Assembly (NCBI GenBank): GCA_027484085.1
Contig: JAIXQF010000004.1
Coordinates: 170,035 to 234,034, forward strand
Length of the DNA: 64,000 nucleotides
From: Actinomycetales bacterium
Lineage (GTDB): Bacteria; Actinomycetota; Actinomycetes; S36-B12; UBA5976
Reading direction: 5' to 3'
Shown: piece by piece, positions 7,440-17,044 of the stretch
Numbering within the stretch: the stretch's first letter is position 1
Layout: every line of letters starts with the position of its first letter
Made by a program: the position numbers and the translations under genes
Notes under the pieces: generated by a model
What the model was told of the DNA's origin: nothing
Seen by the model: the letters and a program-made list of their open reading frames with translations, nothing else
Databases searched by the model: none

Positions 7440-8629
7440 GCCCAGTCTCCAGGCAACTTGCCTGCCTGTGAATGGCGAACTGAACGACGCGAGATTGACC
7501 AGCGATGTACTTCTGATGGGCCATCGTAAATTCGAAATGGTCTAATGTCTCGGAAAATTTGTGCGATCGGTAGCTCGCTCGAAGTACCTTTAGCGCCACA
7601 AAGTTGCATCGAGCGATCCACGATTCTAAAAGTTGCTTCAGCTACGAAAGTCTTTGCAATTGAAGTTTCAGCTCGGGCTGGCAAGCCTTGATCCAGTACC
7701 CAAGCAGCTCGGTGGATAAGGGCTCGACAGGCAGAAATATCAATTTCATTGTCTGCAATCATTTGCTGTGCCATTCCCAAGGAAGCCAACTCAGTGCCAA
7801 ACATTGGACGATTAGCAGCGTAATCAACTGCAGATTCATGTGCCCTACGCGCCGCACCTAGCCAACGCATACAGTGTGTTAAGCGTGCTGGGCCTAATCG
7901 AACTTGGGCATTAACAAAGCCTTCGTCAACTTGTCCGAGAACGGCATCATTTGAAACTTCACAATTTGAAAAGTCGACAACTCCATGTCCACCCGTGAAT
8001 GCACTATCCAAGGTGTCAAGACTGCGAACCACCTTCATACCTGGGTTATCAGCATCGACCAAGAACATGGTGGCGCCACCAGAGGTTTTGGCCATAACAA
8101 TTGAGAACCCCGAGCCATCGGCGCCAGTGATTAACCACTTATTTCCATTGATTACCCAACCTGAGTTGGTTTTCTCGGCAACAGTGGAAAGTAGATTTGG
8201 ATCAGCGCCAGCGCCCGGACTTGGCTCGGTCATTGCAAACGAAGATCTAATCTCGCCGCGGGATAGCGGTGCAAGGTACTTGTCACGTTGGTCGGGCGTT
8301 GCGATTTTGTTGAGCAACAAAATGTTGCCCTCATCTGGAGCTGCACAGTTAAGTGCAGTTGGTCCAAGCAAACTTCGTCCTGATTCCTCAAGGATTACGG
8401 CTTGTGCTACATGGTTAAATCCATGCCCACCAAATTCTTTAGGAGCTGTGGGAGCAAAAACTTTTGCATTTCGCGCTTTCTCTTGCAAAATTACACGAAG
8501 TTCAGGATTGATGCCGTGAGAATTTGGATTTAACTCTGGTTCGTGCTGGATAACTTCGGAGTTAATAAAGTTGCGAACACGCAATGCAAATTCTTTTACT
8601 TGGGGATCTTGATCAAACTCATAGCTCAT
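7436..8629 (-). CDS. Acyl-CoA dehydrogenase family protein (ACAD10/11 / LvaC-like)
   Basis: NCAAPDEGN, FAMTEP, NGNKWLITG, RLGPARLTHCMR and RIYDGPSEVH motifs. Confidence 0.88.
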   Translation of the reverse strand: MSYEFDQDPQVKEFALRVRNFINSEVIQHEPELNPNSHGINPELRVILQEKARNAKVFAPTAPKEFGGHGFNHVAQAVILEESGRSLLGPTALNCAAPDEGNILLLNKIATPDQRDKYLAPLSRGEIRSSFAMTEPSPGAGADPNLLSTVAEKTNSGWVINGNKWLITGADGSGFSIVMAKTSGGATMFLVDADNPGMKVVRSLDTLDSAFTGGHGVVDFSNCEVSNDAVLGQVDEGFVNAQVRLGPARLTHCMRWLGAARRAHESAVDYAANRPMFGTELASLGMAQQMIADNEIDISACRALIHRAAWVLDQGLPARAETSIAKTFVAEATFRIVDRSMQLCGAKGTSSELPIAQIFRDIRPFRIYDGPSEVHRWSISRRSVRHSQAGKLPGDWA

Positions 8630-8721
8630 GTGAGGAATCCATAACAATAGTTTTCGTATTCATAATTCTATCTTCCGTTATGCTTTGATTTGTAACTTCT
8701 CAAATAATAGGGCTGTTCGAA

Positions 8722-9369
8722 ATGACTGATTCGTCACCAAAAGGTTCACTAACCTTTGAAGCCCTGACCTTACTTCGGGACGAAATCATTCAGGGCAAGA
8801 TCCGGCCAAATGAAAGATTGATTGCAGTCGATCTGGCTGAGCGCCTTAGAACATCTCGCACTCCAATTCGTGAAGCACTCCAACTCTTAGAAGCCGAAGG
8901 TTTAGTCGTTGCAGCTAAACGCGGTTATGTTGTGCGCGAGCACACTCGTGACGAAATAGTTGAGATTTATGAAGTCCGGGCCAGCTTGGAAGGTATGGCA
9001 GCTCGCCTTGCTGCTCAGAAATCAGGCACTGCGGCCTATAAAGAAATTGAAAGTATTGGCGCTCATAAAGATTCACTAATCACGTCGAATGATCGAGATC
9101 TAATTGTTGACTTGAACGATCGATTCCATGCGGCAATCTTCACCGCATGCGGTAACTCTCGTTTGGAGAGAATCAACCGAAGCAATAGCAAGCACTTTTT
9201 CAACCATCGCATTGCTGAGATGTACTCCAAGGAAGAGACAAAGCTTTCAATCAAAGGACATGCAGCAATTCTTAAGGCGATTAAGAATCATGATCCTGAT
9301 GATGCAGAAACCCAAGCCCAGCAGCATGTATTTGATGCGCTCGAAGTTACTTTGCTAAAACTGCGCTAA
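8722..9369 (+). CDS. GntR (FadR/FCD) transcriptional regulator
   Basis: SRTPIREAL wHTH; YEVRASLE and NDRFH FCD motifs. Confidence 0.9.
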   Translation: MTDSSPKGSLTFEALTLLRDEIIQGKIRPNERLIAVDLAERLRTSRTPIREALQLLEAEGLVVAAKRGYVVREHTRDEIVEIYEVRASLEGMAARLAAQKSGTAAYKEIESIGAHKDSLITSNDRDLIVDLNDRFHAAIFTACGNSRLERINRSNSKHFFNHRIAEMYSKEETKLSIKGHAAILKAIKNHDPDDAETQAQQHVFDALEVTLLKLR

Positions 9370-9376
9370 CGATTGA

Positions 9377-10132
9377 TTAGGTGTTTCCGTTTATGGTGAT
9401 GCCACCATCTACGGTAATTGTTTGCCCTGTGATGTAACTGGAGTCCGAAGACATTAAGAATTTAACTACAGTCGCAATTTCATGTGGTTCGGCTAGACGC
9501 TTTTGTGGAATTCGTGACGTTAGTGCCGCTTCCGAAAGTCGGCCGTCCTTTATTCCGCCTGCAACCATTTCAGTTCTGGTCCACCCAGGTGCAACTGCAT
9601 TTACCCTGATATCTCGATCGGCCCATTCCAAACCAAGGGTTCGGGTTAAACCTTCAAGCCCGGCCTTAGCTGCGGTGTATCCAGCCCGTCCTGCGATTCC
9701 AACGCTGCCTGCAATTGAGCCGACATTCACTATAGTTGCGCCTTGTGATTTTTCTAGATCCGTAAATGCTGCTTGGCTACACCTAAAGACACCACTTAGA
9801 TCGGTATCAATCACTGTCTCCCAGTCCGCTTCACTCAACACTTCAGATTCATCGCGAATGATCACACCTGCGCAATTGATTAATGAATCAAGGCTTCCGA
9901 ATTCATTTCGAGTGTCATCGATTACGGAATCAATAGATGCTCTATCTCGCACATCCATAACTCGGCCAATTGCGTTGCCGGGACCTTTACCTAAACCGGA
10001 AACTGCAGAATCAATTGCTTGGGCATCACGGCCAGTGATTACAACATTCCAGCCATCAGCAATTAGTTGCTGACTAATTGCTAGCCCGATTCCTTTTGCG
10101 CCGCCTGTTACTAGTGCAGTCTTCATACTCAA
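9377..10132 (-). CDS. SDR oxidoreductase (FabG-like)
   Basis: TGGAKGIG, YTAAK, NAVAPG, ITGQTITVDGG. Confidence 0.9.
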   Translation of the reverse strand: MSMKTALVTGGAKGIGLAISQQLIADGWNVVITGRDAQAIDSAVSGLGKGPGNAIGRVMDVRDRASIDSVIDDTRNEFGSLDSLINCAGVIIRDESEVLSEADWETVIDTDLSGVFRCSQAAFTDLEKSQGATIVNVGSIAGSVGIAGRAGYTAAKAGLEGLTRTLGLEWADRDIRVNAVAPGWTRTEMVAGGIKDGRLSEAALTSRIPQKRLAEPHEIATVVKFLMSSDSSYITGQTITVDGGITINGNT

Positions 10133-11392
10133 CTACTTGCGGTAAGTGCGAACGACAAATGGTTCCATGTCGATTTCAGGTTTGCGCCCAGCAATGATGT
10201 CAACAATTGCAGCGCTGGATCCACTAGACATAGTCCAGCCCATGTGACCATGACCGGTGTTGTAGAACAAGTTTTTGTGCTTCTTGCCTTTACCAATGAT
10301 TGGAGGACCATCCGGTGTCATCGGACGTAGTCCAGCAGTCATTGAGCCGCCATCCCAGTCAGCAGCATCTGGCCAAAGTTCTTTCGCGGTGCTGCGAATT
10401 GCCGCAAAATCTTCTGGCTTATGAGAGCGATCGAAACCAGAGAACTGTGCTGTGGAAGACATGCGCAACTGATCACCCATAGGCGACCAAGCAACTAAAG
10501 TTTTTTCGTCAACGCCACCTAGTTCCGGAGCCTTTGATTTGTCCTTAATGTCAAAGGTCATCGAGAAACCTTTGGCTGGATAAACCGGAAGATCTTGTCC
10601 AACTGTGCGAGACAGTTTTGGACTCCAAACACCCATTGCCAGCACGTAGTTATCAGCTGTCAATAGTCCTTGATCTGTTTGCAAGCCAGTGATTCGATCG
10701 CCATCTGCAATGAATGACTTCGCAGTAACGCCAAGTTTGAATTCGACGCCCTTACTGATTAGAAGTTCCGTGAGTTTACGGGTGAACAATTCGGAGTTAC
10801 CGCTGCCATCGTTAGGTGCGTGGATTGCACCAGCAAGTTGAACGGTGGCATTTCCAAATGCGGGATCAACGGCAGCCAATCCCTTCATATCTAATTGTTC
10901 AAGTTTCTGACCATTGTCAGTAAGCAGCTTCATCTTGCCCATACCAAGCTCGAGTTCTGCTGCATCGCGATACAAGTAAAGCAATCCCTTATCGATGCCT
11001 TGGTAATCAATTCCTTCAGCTAAGGCAATTTCATCAAGTTTCGTTTGGCTGTAATCACACAAATGCATTTTCGCCAAAGTATTGATTGCCGCACGCTCTG
11101 TTGTGCATTCGCGCATGAACTGTAAACCCCACCATAAGAACCTTGGGTTCAATGTGGGCTTAACTCGAATCGAAGTCTTTTCGCCGAATAGCGACTTAAC
11201 TAGCATCTTGGGTGCAGCTGGTGATGCCCAAGCAAAGCAGTGCCCAGGTGCAATCAAACCCGCATTCACAGCAGTTGCTTCAGATCCAACTTTCGAAGCT
11301 TTGTCGACTACGACTACTTCATGACCTTCTTTAACTAAGTAGTAAGCAGTTGTAACACCAACAACGCCACCACCAACAACGATTGTGCGCAC
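10133..11392 (-). CDS. D-amino acid dehydrogenase (DadA-like)
   Basis: VVGGGVVGVTTAYYL, WASP, PVYPAKG, GLRPMTPDGPP, NTGHGHMGWT. Confidence 0.88.
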   Translation of the reverse strand: MRTIVVGGGVVGVTTAYYLVKEGHEVVVVDKASKVGSEATAVNAGLIAPGHCFAWASPAAPKMLVKSLFGEKTSIRVKPTLNPRFLWWGLQFMRECTTERAAINTLAKMHLCDYSQTKLDEIALAEGIDYQGIDKGLLYLYRDAAELELGMGKMKLLTDNGQKLEQLDMKGLAAVDPAFGNATVQLAGAIHAPNDGSGNSELFTRKLTELLISKGVEFKLGVTAKSFIADGDRITGLQTDQGLLTADNYVLAMGVWSPKLSRTVGQDLPVYPAKGFSMTFDIKDKSKAPELGGVDEKTLVAWSPMGDQLRMSSTAQFSGFDRSHKPEDFAAIRSTAKELWPDAADWDGGSMTAGLRPMTPDGPPIIGKGKKHKNLFYNTGHGHMGWTMSSGSSAAIVDIIAGRKPEIDMEPFVVRTYRK

Positions 11393-11427
11393 CAGAATCT
11401 CCTTGAGGTTTAACTAACGACAGTCTT

Positions 11428-12162
11428 TCAGCAAATTCCCTGATAGTCACGAGGAACCGTTGCGTTATAGACATAAGTAATGAAATTTGCCCAATCAAAG
11501 ACAGGCAAACCCGTAGCTGCTTCGATGGCCTTGCTATACGGTGGCAGATCGCTGCATTCCAGCATAAATGCCCGAATTTTTGGATCGCGTTTCAAAACAT
11601 CTTTGGCTGCTTGAACCACTTCGGCTCGCATCTTGTCTTCATCAAGAGTTCCAAGTTCTTTCAAGATCACATCGTTGAAATGTGAATAAGTTTCCATGCC
11701 TTGCACAGTTAAGCGCGAGCTGTCGCTAATTCCAGCACCAGCTAAGAGTTCGTCGGTTAGAGATGCTGAGTTTGCAGTCAAAACGCCAATGTTGTGATCT
11801 TTGCCGAACATGTTTAGCAACATTGGAATTTGTACCAAGCTAGTTAAGAAAACGGGGATGTTAACTTGGCTGGCAACTTCTTCCTGGAACGAAGCCATAA
11901 ATCCGCAGTTACCTGTGATTGCCCGAACGCCTTCGGCCTCGAGCTTCTTTGCAGCAGCAACCATGATGCTGGAATAGCTTTCACCATTGCCACGCAAGAC
12001 GTCGGCACCTGATACGCCTTTCACAGATTCGTAGCGCACTGGAAACGGAAAGGTCCCGGCATTGTTTAGATCACCAGGAATGAATGGAATGTGCCACTCG
12101 GCACAAAGCATCCCAATTGCGTACCCATAGGCAACCTGTCCGGCTCTGGCTTGGTAGATCAT
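11428..12162 (-). CDS. Asp/Glu/hydantoin racemase superfamily protein
   Basis: PGDLNNAGTFPFPV and two Cys motifs, TGNCGF and LECSDLPPY. Start taken at ATG 12162. Confidence 0.75.
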   Translation of the reverse strand: MIYQARAGQVAYGYAIGMLCAEWHIPFIPGDLNNAGTFPFPVRYESVKGVSGADVLRGNGESYSSIMVAAAKKLEAEGVRAITGNCGFMASFQEEVASQVNIPVFLTSLVQIPMLLNMFGKDHNIGVLTANSASLTDELLAGAGISDSSRLTVQGMETYSHFNDVILKELGTLDEDKMRAEVVQAAKDVLKRDPKIRAFMLECSDLPPYSKAIEAATGLPVFDWANFITYVYNATVPRDYQGIC

Positions 12163-12197
12163 ATGAGTCCCTATTTGATTCGAGATTCGAGAGAATC

Positions 12198-12222
12198 TGT
12201 ATGCATTAGTGCATGCACTAAT
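12198..12222. promoter_or_regulatory. Operator-like palindrome in the divergent promoter of the catabolic cluster
   Basis: Perfect 18-bp palindrome ATTAGTGCATGCACTAAT (12205-12222) with an adjacent TGTATGCA (12198-12205). Confidence 0.6.
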
Positions 12223-12302
12223 CATTCTTTGCCCAGAAAGTCCCTAAGTCAAGCCTGTTTTGCCACTTGCCAATGCTGGGCGCAGCGTGGAAGAGTGCAA
12301 TC

Positions 12303-13388
12303 ATGAGCGAATCGCGGTTTTTGCCGAACTTTGAATCAATCGCTCCATTTAGCCGATTGACCGAATCTGGAATCCTCGATTCCGGTGAATCCCCAATGTC
12401 TGATGAAGCAGTCTTAGAGGCACTTCGCTACATGACGCTGACTCGGGTTTTCGATGACAAAGCAACCAGCATGCAACGACAAGGCCGCTTTGGAACATTT
12501 TCATCCGTGCGTGGCCAAGAAGCATCCGTCGTTGGCGCAGCTTCAGCGCTAGATCCAGCGAAAGATTGGATCGTTCCGCAATACCGGGAATTTCCGGCAT
12601 TAATTCGACACGGATATCCAATTGAAAATTTCGCTCTGTATTTCATGGGCAACCCAAAGGGTGGAACTATCCCAGCGAACGTAAACATGTTGCCAATGCA
12701 GATATCCCTAGCAGCGCAGATCCCCCAGGCAACCGGTTTGGCGTGGGGTTTAAAGATGCAAGGTAGCGATGGCGTTGCGATAACTTTCTTTGGAGATGGC
12801 GCATCGTCAGAAGGCGACTTTCACGAAAGCCTAAATCTTGCAGGAATTGTGAAAGCACCGGTTATCTTCTTTTTGCAGAACAACGGCTGGGCAATTTCAA
12901 CCCCTCGAGAGAATCAAACTGCTGCACGATCATTTGCCGAACGTGCGATTGGCTATGGCGTTGAAGGTGTGATCGTTGACGGGAATGATCTACTTGCAGT
13001 TCACGAAGTAACTGCGCGCGCGGTAGCTAAAGCACGCGCTGGCGATGGCCCAACACTGATTGAATCAGTGACGTATAGAACAGGCGCACATAACACCGCT
13101 GATGATCCAACGCGATACATCGATCAACAAGAACTTGAAAAATGGCAACAGAAAGATCCAGTAGAGCGCATTAAGAATTACTTACGTAGTCGTGGAATCT
13201 GGAATGAAACTTTAGAACAGGAAATGCTAGACAGTTGCGCGGCACAAATTGATGAAGCAATGGAGATAGCTCGCAATACTCCGCTCGCCACCAGTGATGC
13301 ACTGTTTGATCACGTTTACGCTGAACCACCACAGCGCATGCTTGACCAAAAGCTTGATTGGGCAAATCGAAATGGTGGTGCCCGATGA
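12303..13388 (+). CDS. 2-oxoacid dehydrogenase E1 alpha subunit
   Basis: QRQGR, GQEA, PQYR, GDGASSEGDF...NNGWAIS TPP motif, HNTADDP. Confidence 0.92.
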   Translation: MSESRFLPNFESIAPFSRLTESGILDSGESPMSDEAVLEALRYMTLTRVFDDKATSMQRQGRFGTFSSVRGQEASVVGAASALDPAKDWIVPQYREFPALIRHGYPIENFALYFMGNPKGGTIPANVNMLPMQISLAAQIPQATGLAWGLKMQGSDGVAITFFGDGASSEGDFHESLNLAGIVKAPVIFFLQNNGWAISTPRENQTAARSFAERAIGYGVEGVIVDGNDLLAVHEVTARAVAKARAGDGPTLIESVTYRTGAHNTADDPTRYIDQQELEKWQQKDPVERIKNYLRSRGIWNETLEQEMLDSCAAQIDEAMEIARNTPLATSDALFDHVYAEPPQRMLDQKLDWANRNGGAR

Positions 13389-14368
13389 GCGAAAAGACAA
13401 TGATTGAAGCGATTCGCGAATGCCTTGGTCAAGAAATGGATGCCGACAGTCGTGTTGTTGTAATCGGTGAAGACGTTGGCGTACTTGGTGGCGTATTCCG
13501 TGCAACTGATGGTTTGCAGGCGCGCTTTGGCAAAGAACGGGTAGTTGATATGCCACTTGCCGAAGGCGTAATTGTTGGTTCCGGAATCGGATTAGCGATG
13601 AGCGGTCTTCGTCCAGTTATTGAATTGCAGTTCTTAGGTTTTGGTCACCAAGCATTTCATCAAATCGGTCAGCAAGTCGCGCGCCTGCGTTACCGTTCAC
13701 AAGGTAGGCATGCACTTCCACTTGTGATTCGTTCCCCATTTGGTGGTGGTGTTCGCACTCCGGAACTTCACTCTGATGCCTTTGAAGCTTTTTACACGCA
13801 CACGCCCGGTTTGAAAGTTGTTGCTCCGGCAACTGCATACGATGCAAAAGGCTTACTTGCAGCAGCGATGGAATCAGATGATCCCGTACTTTATCTAGAG
13901 CCGCTTAAGGGCTATCGCTTAACTAAAGATGAAGTACCTGACGAGCGCTACACAGTTCCCCTTGGCAAACTTCGAGTTGCTCGAGCTGGAACAGCTGTAA
14001 CTTTGATTGCCTGGTCTGCCGCAGTTAACGTTGCCGAACGCGCAGCCGAGGAACTTTCGGAACAGGGAATCAGTGTTGAAGTTCTTGATCTACGATCGCT
14101 AAATCCATTAGACATCGATGGCATAGCCGAATCTGTTTCAAAAACAGGTCGAGTGGCTATCTTGCATGAAGCTCCGCTTACTGGCGGTTTTGGTGGCGAG
14201 TTAGTTGCAACGATTCAGCAAGAATGCTTCTACAGTTTGGAAGCACCAATCATTCGTATCTCTGCGCCCGACACCCCGTATCCACTTGGTGGTGTTGAAG
14301 ATCTTTACATCCCAGACGTTGATCGAGTAGTCGATGAAGTAGCAGCTTTGGCAAAGGCATCGGCATGA
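13385..14368 (+). CDS. 2-oxoacid dehydrogenase E1 beta subunit
   Basis: GEDVGVLGGVFRAT, PLAE, ELHS, GLKVVAP. Confidence 0.92.
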   Translation: MSEKTMIEAIRECLGQEMDADSRVVVIGEDVGVLGGVFRATDGLQARFGKERVVDMPLAEGVIVGSGIGLAMSGLRPVIELQFLGFGHQAFHQIGQQVARLRYRSQGRHALPLVIRSPFGGGVRTPELHSDAFEAFYTHTPGLKVVAPATAYDAKGLLAAAMESDDPVLYLEPLKGYRLTKDEVPDERYTVPLGKLRVARAGTAVTLIAWSAAVNVAERAAEELSEQGISVEVLDLRSLNPLDIDGIAESVSKTGRVAILHEAPLTGGFGGELVATIQQECFYSLEAPIIRISAPDTPYPLGGVEDLYIPDVDRVVDEVAALAKASA

Positions 14369-15585
14369 GCAACTTGATTGACTACAAACTTGCAGATGTT
14401 GGCGAAGGTATCGCTGAAGCCGAAGTTATCGAATGGCTTGTTGCAATAGGCGACATGGTTAAAGAGGATCAGCCGGTAGTTGTAGTTGAAACTGACAAGT
14501 CTCAGATTGAAATTCCTGCACCAGTAACTGGAATCGTAAAATCTCTCGGCGCAAAAGTTGGTGACGTTTTAGCCGTTGGTTCAAGCCTGATGCAGATTGA
14601 AGCTACTGGTGCCATATCGAAAGACATCGCTGCGCATGCATCTGCGCCGGTGGCAGAAGTCAAGCAAGCTTCAAAATCTGCAGCAACTCCAGCTCGAGCC
14701 ACAAATGTGCGACCACTGGCAAGTCCTAGCACTCGAAAGCTTGCAGCTTCACTTGGAATCTCACTAGATGCAGTAACTGGATCAGGACCGAACGGCCGAA
14801 TTACTGCTGAAGATGTCACAAATGCAAAGTCAGGTACAAGTTCCCAATCAGTCCCACATGACACTTCACCATCGATCTCTCAAGTAGATGGCAACGGAAT
14901 TACTTTGATTCAACTGCGCGGGCTTCGCCGGCAAATTGCAACCAGCATGTCGGAAGCACTTCGCATCCCACACATCACAGAATTTAAAGAAATTGATGCC
15001 ACTGCACTTATGGCATTACGCAGCGAGCTTGCTCCTAAGTTTGAGAAAGATGGAATTAAATTTTCTGTCACTCCGCTCCTAATGCGCGCTTGTGTACTTG
15101 CATTAAAGAATCACCCGTCATTTAATGCGCGCTTTGATTCCGAAATGGGAGAGATTCGCCAATACGATGACATCAATCTAGGGTTTGCAACTGCTACGGA
15201 TGATGGCTTGATCGTCCCAGTAATGCGTGGAGCGAATGATTTCACAGTCGAAATGTTGGCTGAGCAAACTGAGAAGCTTGCGGAATTAGCAAAGACTCGC
15301 AAGGCAACCTCGGACCAACTAGGCGGCGGAACATTTACCGTTACAAACTTTGGATCCTTTGGTACTTGGCTAGGCACGCCAATCATCCGGCCACCTGAGG
15401 TGGCAATTGCAGGATTTGGTCGCATCGCCGAGAAAGTAATCCCGGTCGATGGTGCGCCTGCAGTACGAATGGTTTTACCAATCGTGGTAGCCGCTGATCA
15501 TCGAATCAACGACGGTGCACACCTCGGGGCATTTGTTTCTGACATTGCAAAGTTGCTTTTGAACCCAGAAACTTTAGTGAAGTAG
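14365..15585 (+). CDS. Dihydrolipoamide acyltransferase E2
   Basis: Lipoyl ETDK, E3-binding ASPSTRKLA...GSGPNGRIT, catalytic DHRINDG. Confidence 0.92.
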   Translation: MSNLIDYKLADVGEGIAEAEVIEWLVAIGDMVKEDQPVVVVETDKSQIEIPAPVTGIVKSLGAKVGDVLAVGSSLMQIEATGAISKDIAAHASAPVAEVKQASKSAATPARATNVRPLASPSTRKLAASLGISLDAVTGSGPNGRITAEDVTNAKSGTSSQSVPHDTSPSISQVDGNGITLIQLRGLRRQIATSMSEALRIPHITEFKEIDATALMALRSELAPKFEKDGIKFSVTPLLMRACVLALKNHPSFNARFDSEMGEIRQYDDINLGFATATDDGLIVPVMRGANDFTVEMLAEQTEKLAELAKTRKATSDQLGGGTFTVTNFGSFGTWLGTPIIRPPEVAIAGFGRIAEKVIPVDGAPAVRMVLPIVVAADHRINDGAHLGAFVSDIAKLLLNPETLVK

Positions 15586-15595
15586 GGAAGTCACA

Positions 15596-17023
15596 GTGGT
15601 TGTTGGAGAAATGCCTTCATCGGTTGATTTATTGGTTATAGGTGGCGGACCTGGCGGCTATGTAGCGGCAATTGCGGCAGCCCAACTGGGACGCCAAGTT
15701 GTTCTAGTAGATGCCCAGGGTGAAGCTGGGCTGGGCGGCGTTTGCGTGAACGTTGGTTGCATACCCTCAAAGGCTTTAATCGGATTAGCCCACGCAACGC
15801 ATGACATATCAGGATGGAGCAAGCGAGGCCTAAAGGTTTCCAGTGAACCAGCTGTCGACATGAAGGAATTCCAGAATTGGAAATCCGAAGTAGTTACTGG
15901 ATTGAATGGCGGTGTTCGCCAACTTCTTAAAACTGCAGGCGTTGAAGTTCGTCAAGGCTTCTTTAGATTTACTCGGAAAGATCAAGGCGTGCTCGAGTAC
16001 GGTGATGCTCCGCCAACACACATTCAATTTAAGAATTGCATTATTGCTACTGGCTCTCGGCCGACCGTTATTCCTGGCTTACCACGTGATGGAAAACGAA
16101 TTCTGGATTCATCGGATGTTCTGGCTCTTGACGTTTTGCCCAAATCAATTGCAGTTGTGGGTGGCGGATACATCGGAGTTGAACTTGGCACTGCCCTAGC
16201 TCAGCTTGGATCAAAGGTCACAATGATTGAAGCTGCAGAAAGATTATTGCCGGCACTTCCATCAACATTGGTGGCTCCAGTAGCCCGCCGTCTTGGTGAA
16301 CTTGGTGTTGATGTTCGGGTCAATACCAAGGTGGTTAGCGACAACGGTAAGGCATTAACAGTCACGGCCGATGGGACTGAATCTGAAATTGATATTGATT
16401 ATGTTGTGGTTGCAATTGGTCGTACACCTAACACCGATGACATCGGACTTGAAGTTATTGGGATCAAGCCAAACGCACGGGGCATTCTTGAAGTTGGTCC
16501 AGATCTCTTGGTTACGCCAAAGATTGCAGCGATTGGCGACATTACTCCTGGTCCTGCACTGGCACATAAGGCAAGTGCCGAAGCGCATGTGGCCGCTGAA
16601 GTATTGAGTGGTCACGATGCCAAGTTTGATCCAACTGCAATTCCGGCAGTCGTGTTTAGCGATCCAGAAATTGCAATGACAGGCTTTACAGTCGAGGAAG
16701 CAAAAGAGGCCGGATATCAGGCTCAAGCTGCAATGTTCCCAATGGCTGCTTCAGGTCGAGCTTACACACTTGGCGAAAAGGCTGGATTTGCTCAACTCGT
16801 TCACACACCAGATGGTGTTGTGCTCGGTGCCCAAATTGTCGGACCTCACGCCTCGGAATACATTGCCGAAGTTACTTTGGCAATCGAAATGGGAGCAAAC
16901 CTGCAAGACTTAAGTGACACGATCCACCCACATCCATCAATGAGCGAAACCTTGCCGGAAGCTGCTCGCGTTGGTTTGGGATTTCCAATACATGTTTCAC
17001 CAAAACGCCAACGCAATACCTAA
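15596..17023 (+). CDS. lpdA: Dihydrolipoamide dehydrogenase E3
   Basis: GGGPGGY, GGVCVNVGCIPSK, HPHPSMSE. Confidence 0.92.
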   Translation: MVVGEMPSSVDLLVIGGGPGGYVAAIAAAQLGRQVVLVDAQGEAGLGGVCVNVGCIPSKALIGLAHATHDISGWSKRGLKVSSEPAVDMKEFQNWKSEVVTGLNGGVRQLLKTAGVEVRQGFFRFTRKDQGVLEYGDAPPTHIQFKNCIIATGSRPTVIPGLPRDGKRILDSSDVLALDVLPKSIAVVGGGYIGVELGTALAQLGSKVTMIEAAERLLPALPSTLVAPVARRLGELGVDVRVNTKVVSDNGKALTVTADGTESEIDIDYVVVAIGRTPNTDDIGLEVIGIKPNARGILEVGPDLLVTPKIAAIGDITPGPALAHKASAEAHVAAEVLSGHDAKFDPTAIPAVVFSDPEIAMTGFTVEEAKEAGYQAQAAMFPMAASGRAYTLGEKAGFAQLVHTPDGVVLGAQIVGPHASEYIAEVTLAIEMGANLQDLSDTIHPHPSMSETLPEAARVGLGFPIHVSPKRQRNT

Positions 17024-17044
17024 GAAGGGAAGTACGTTTTAACT

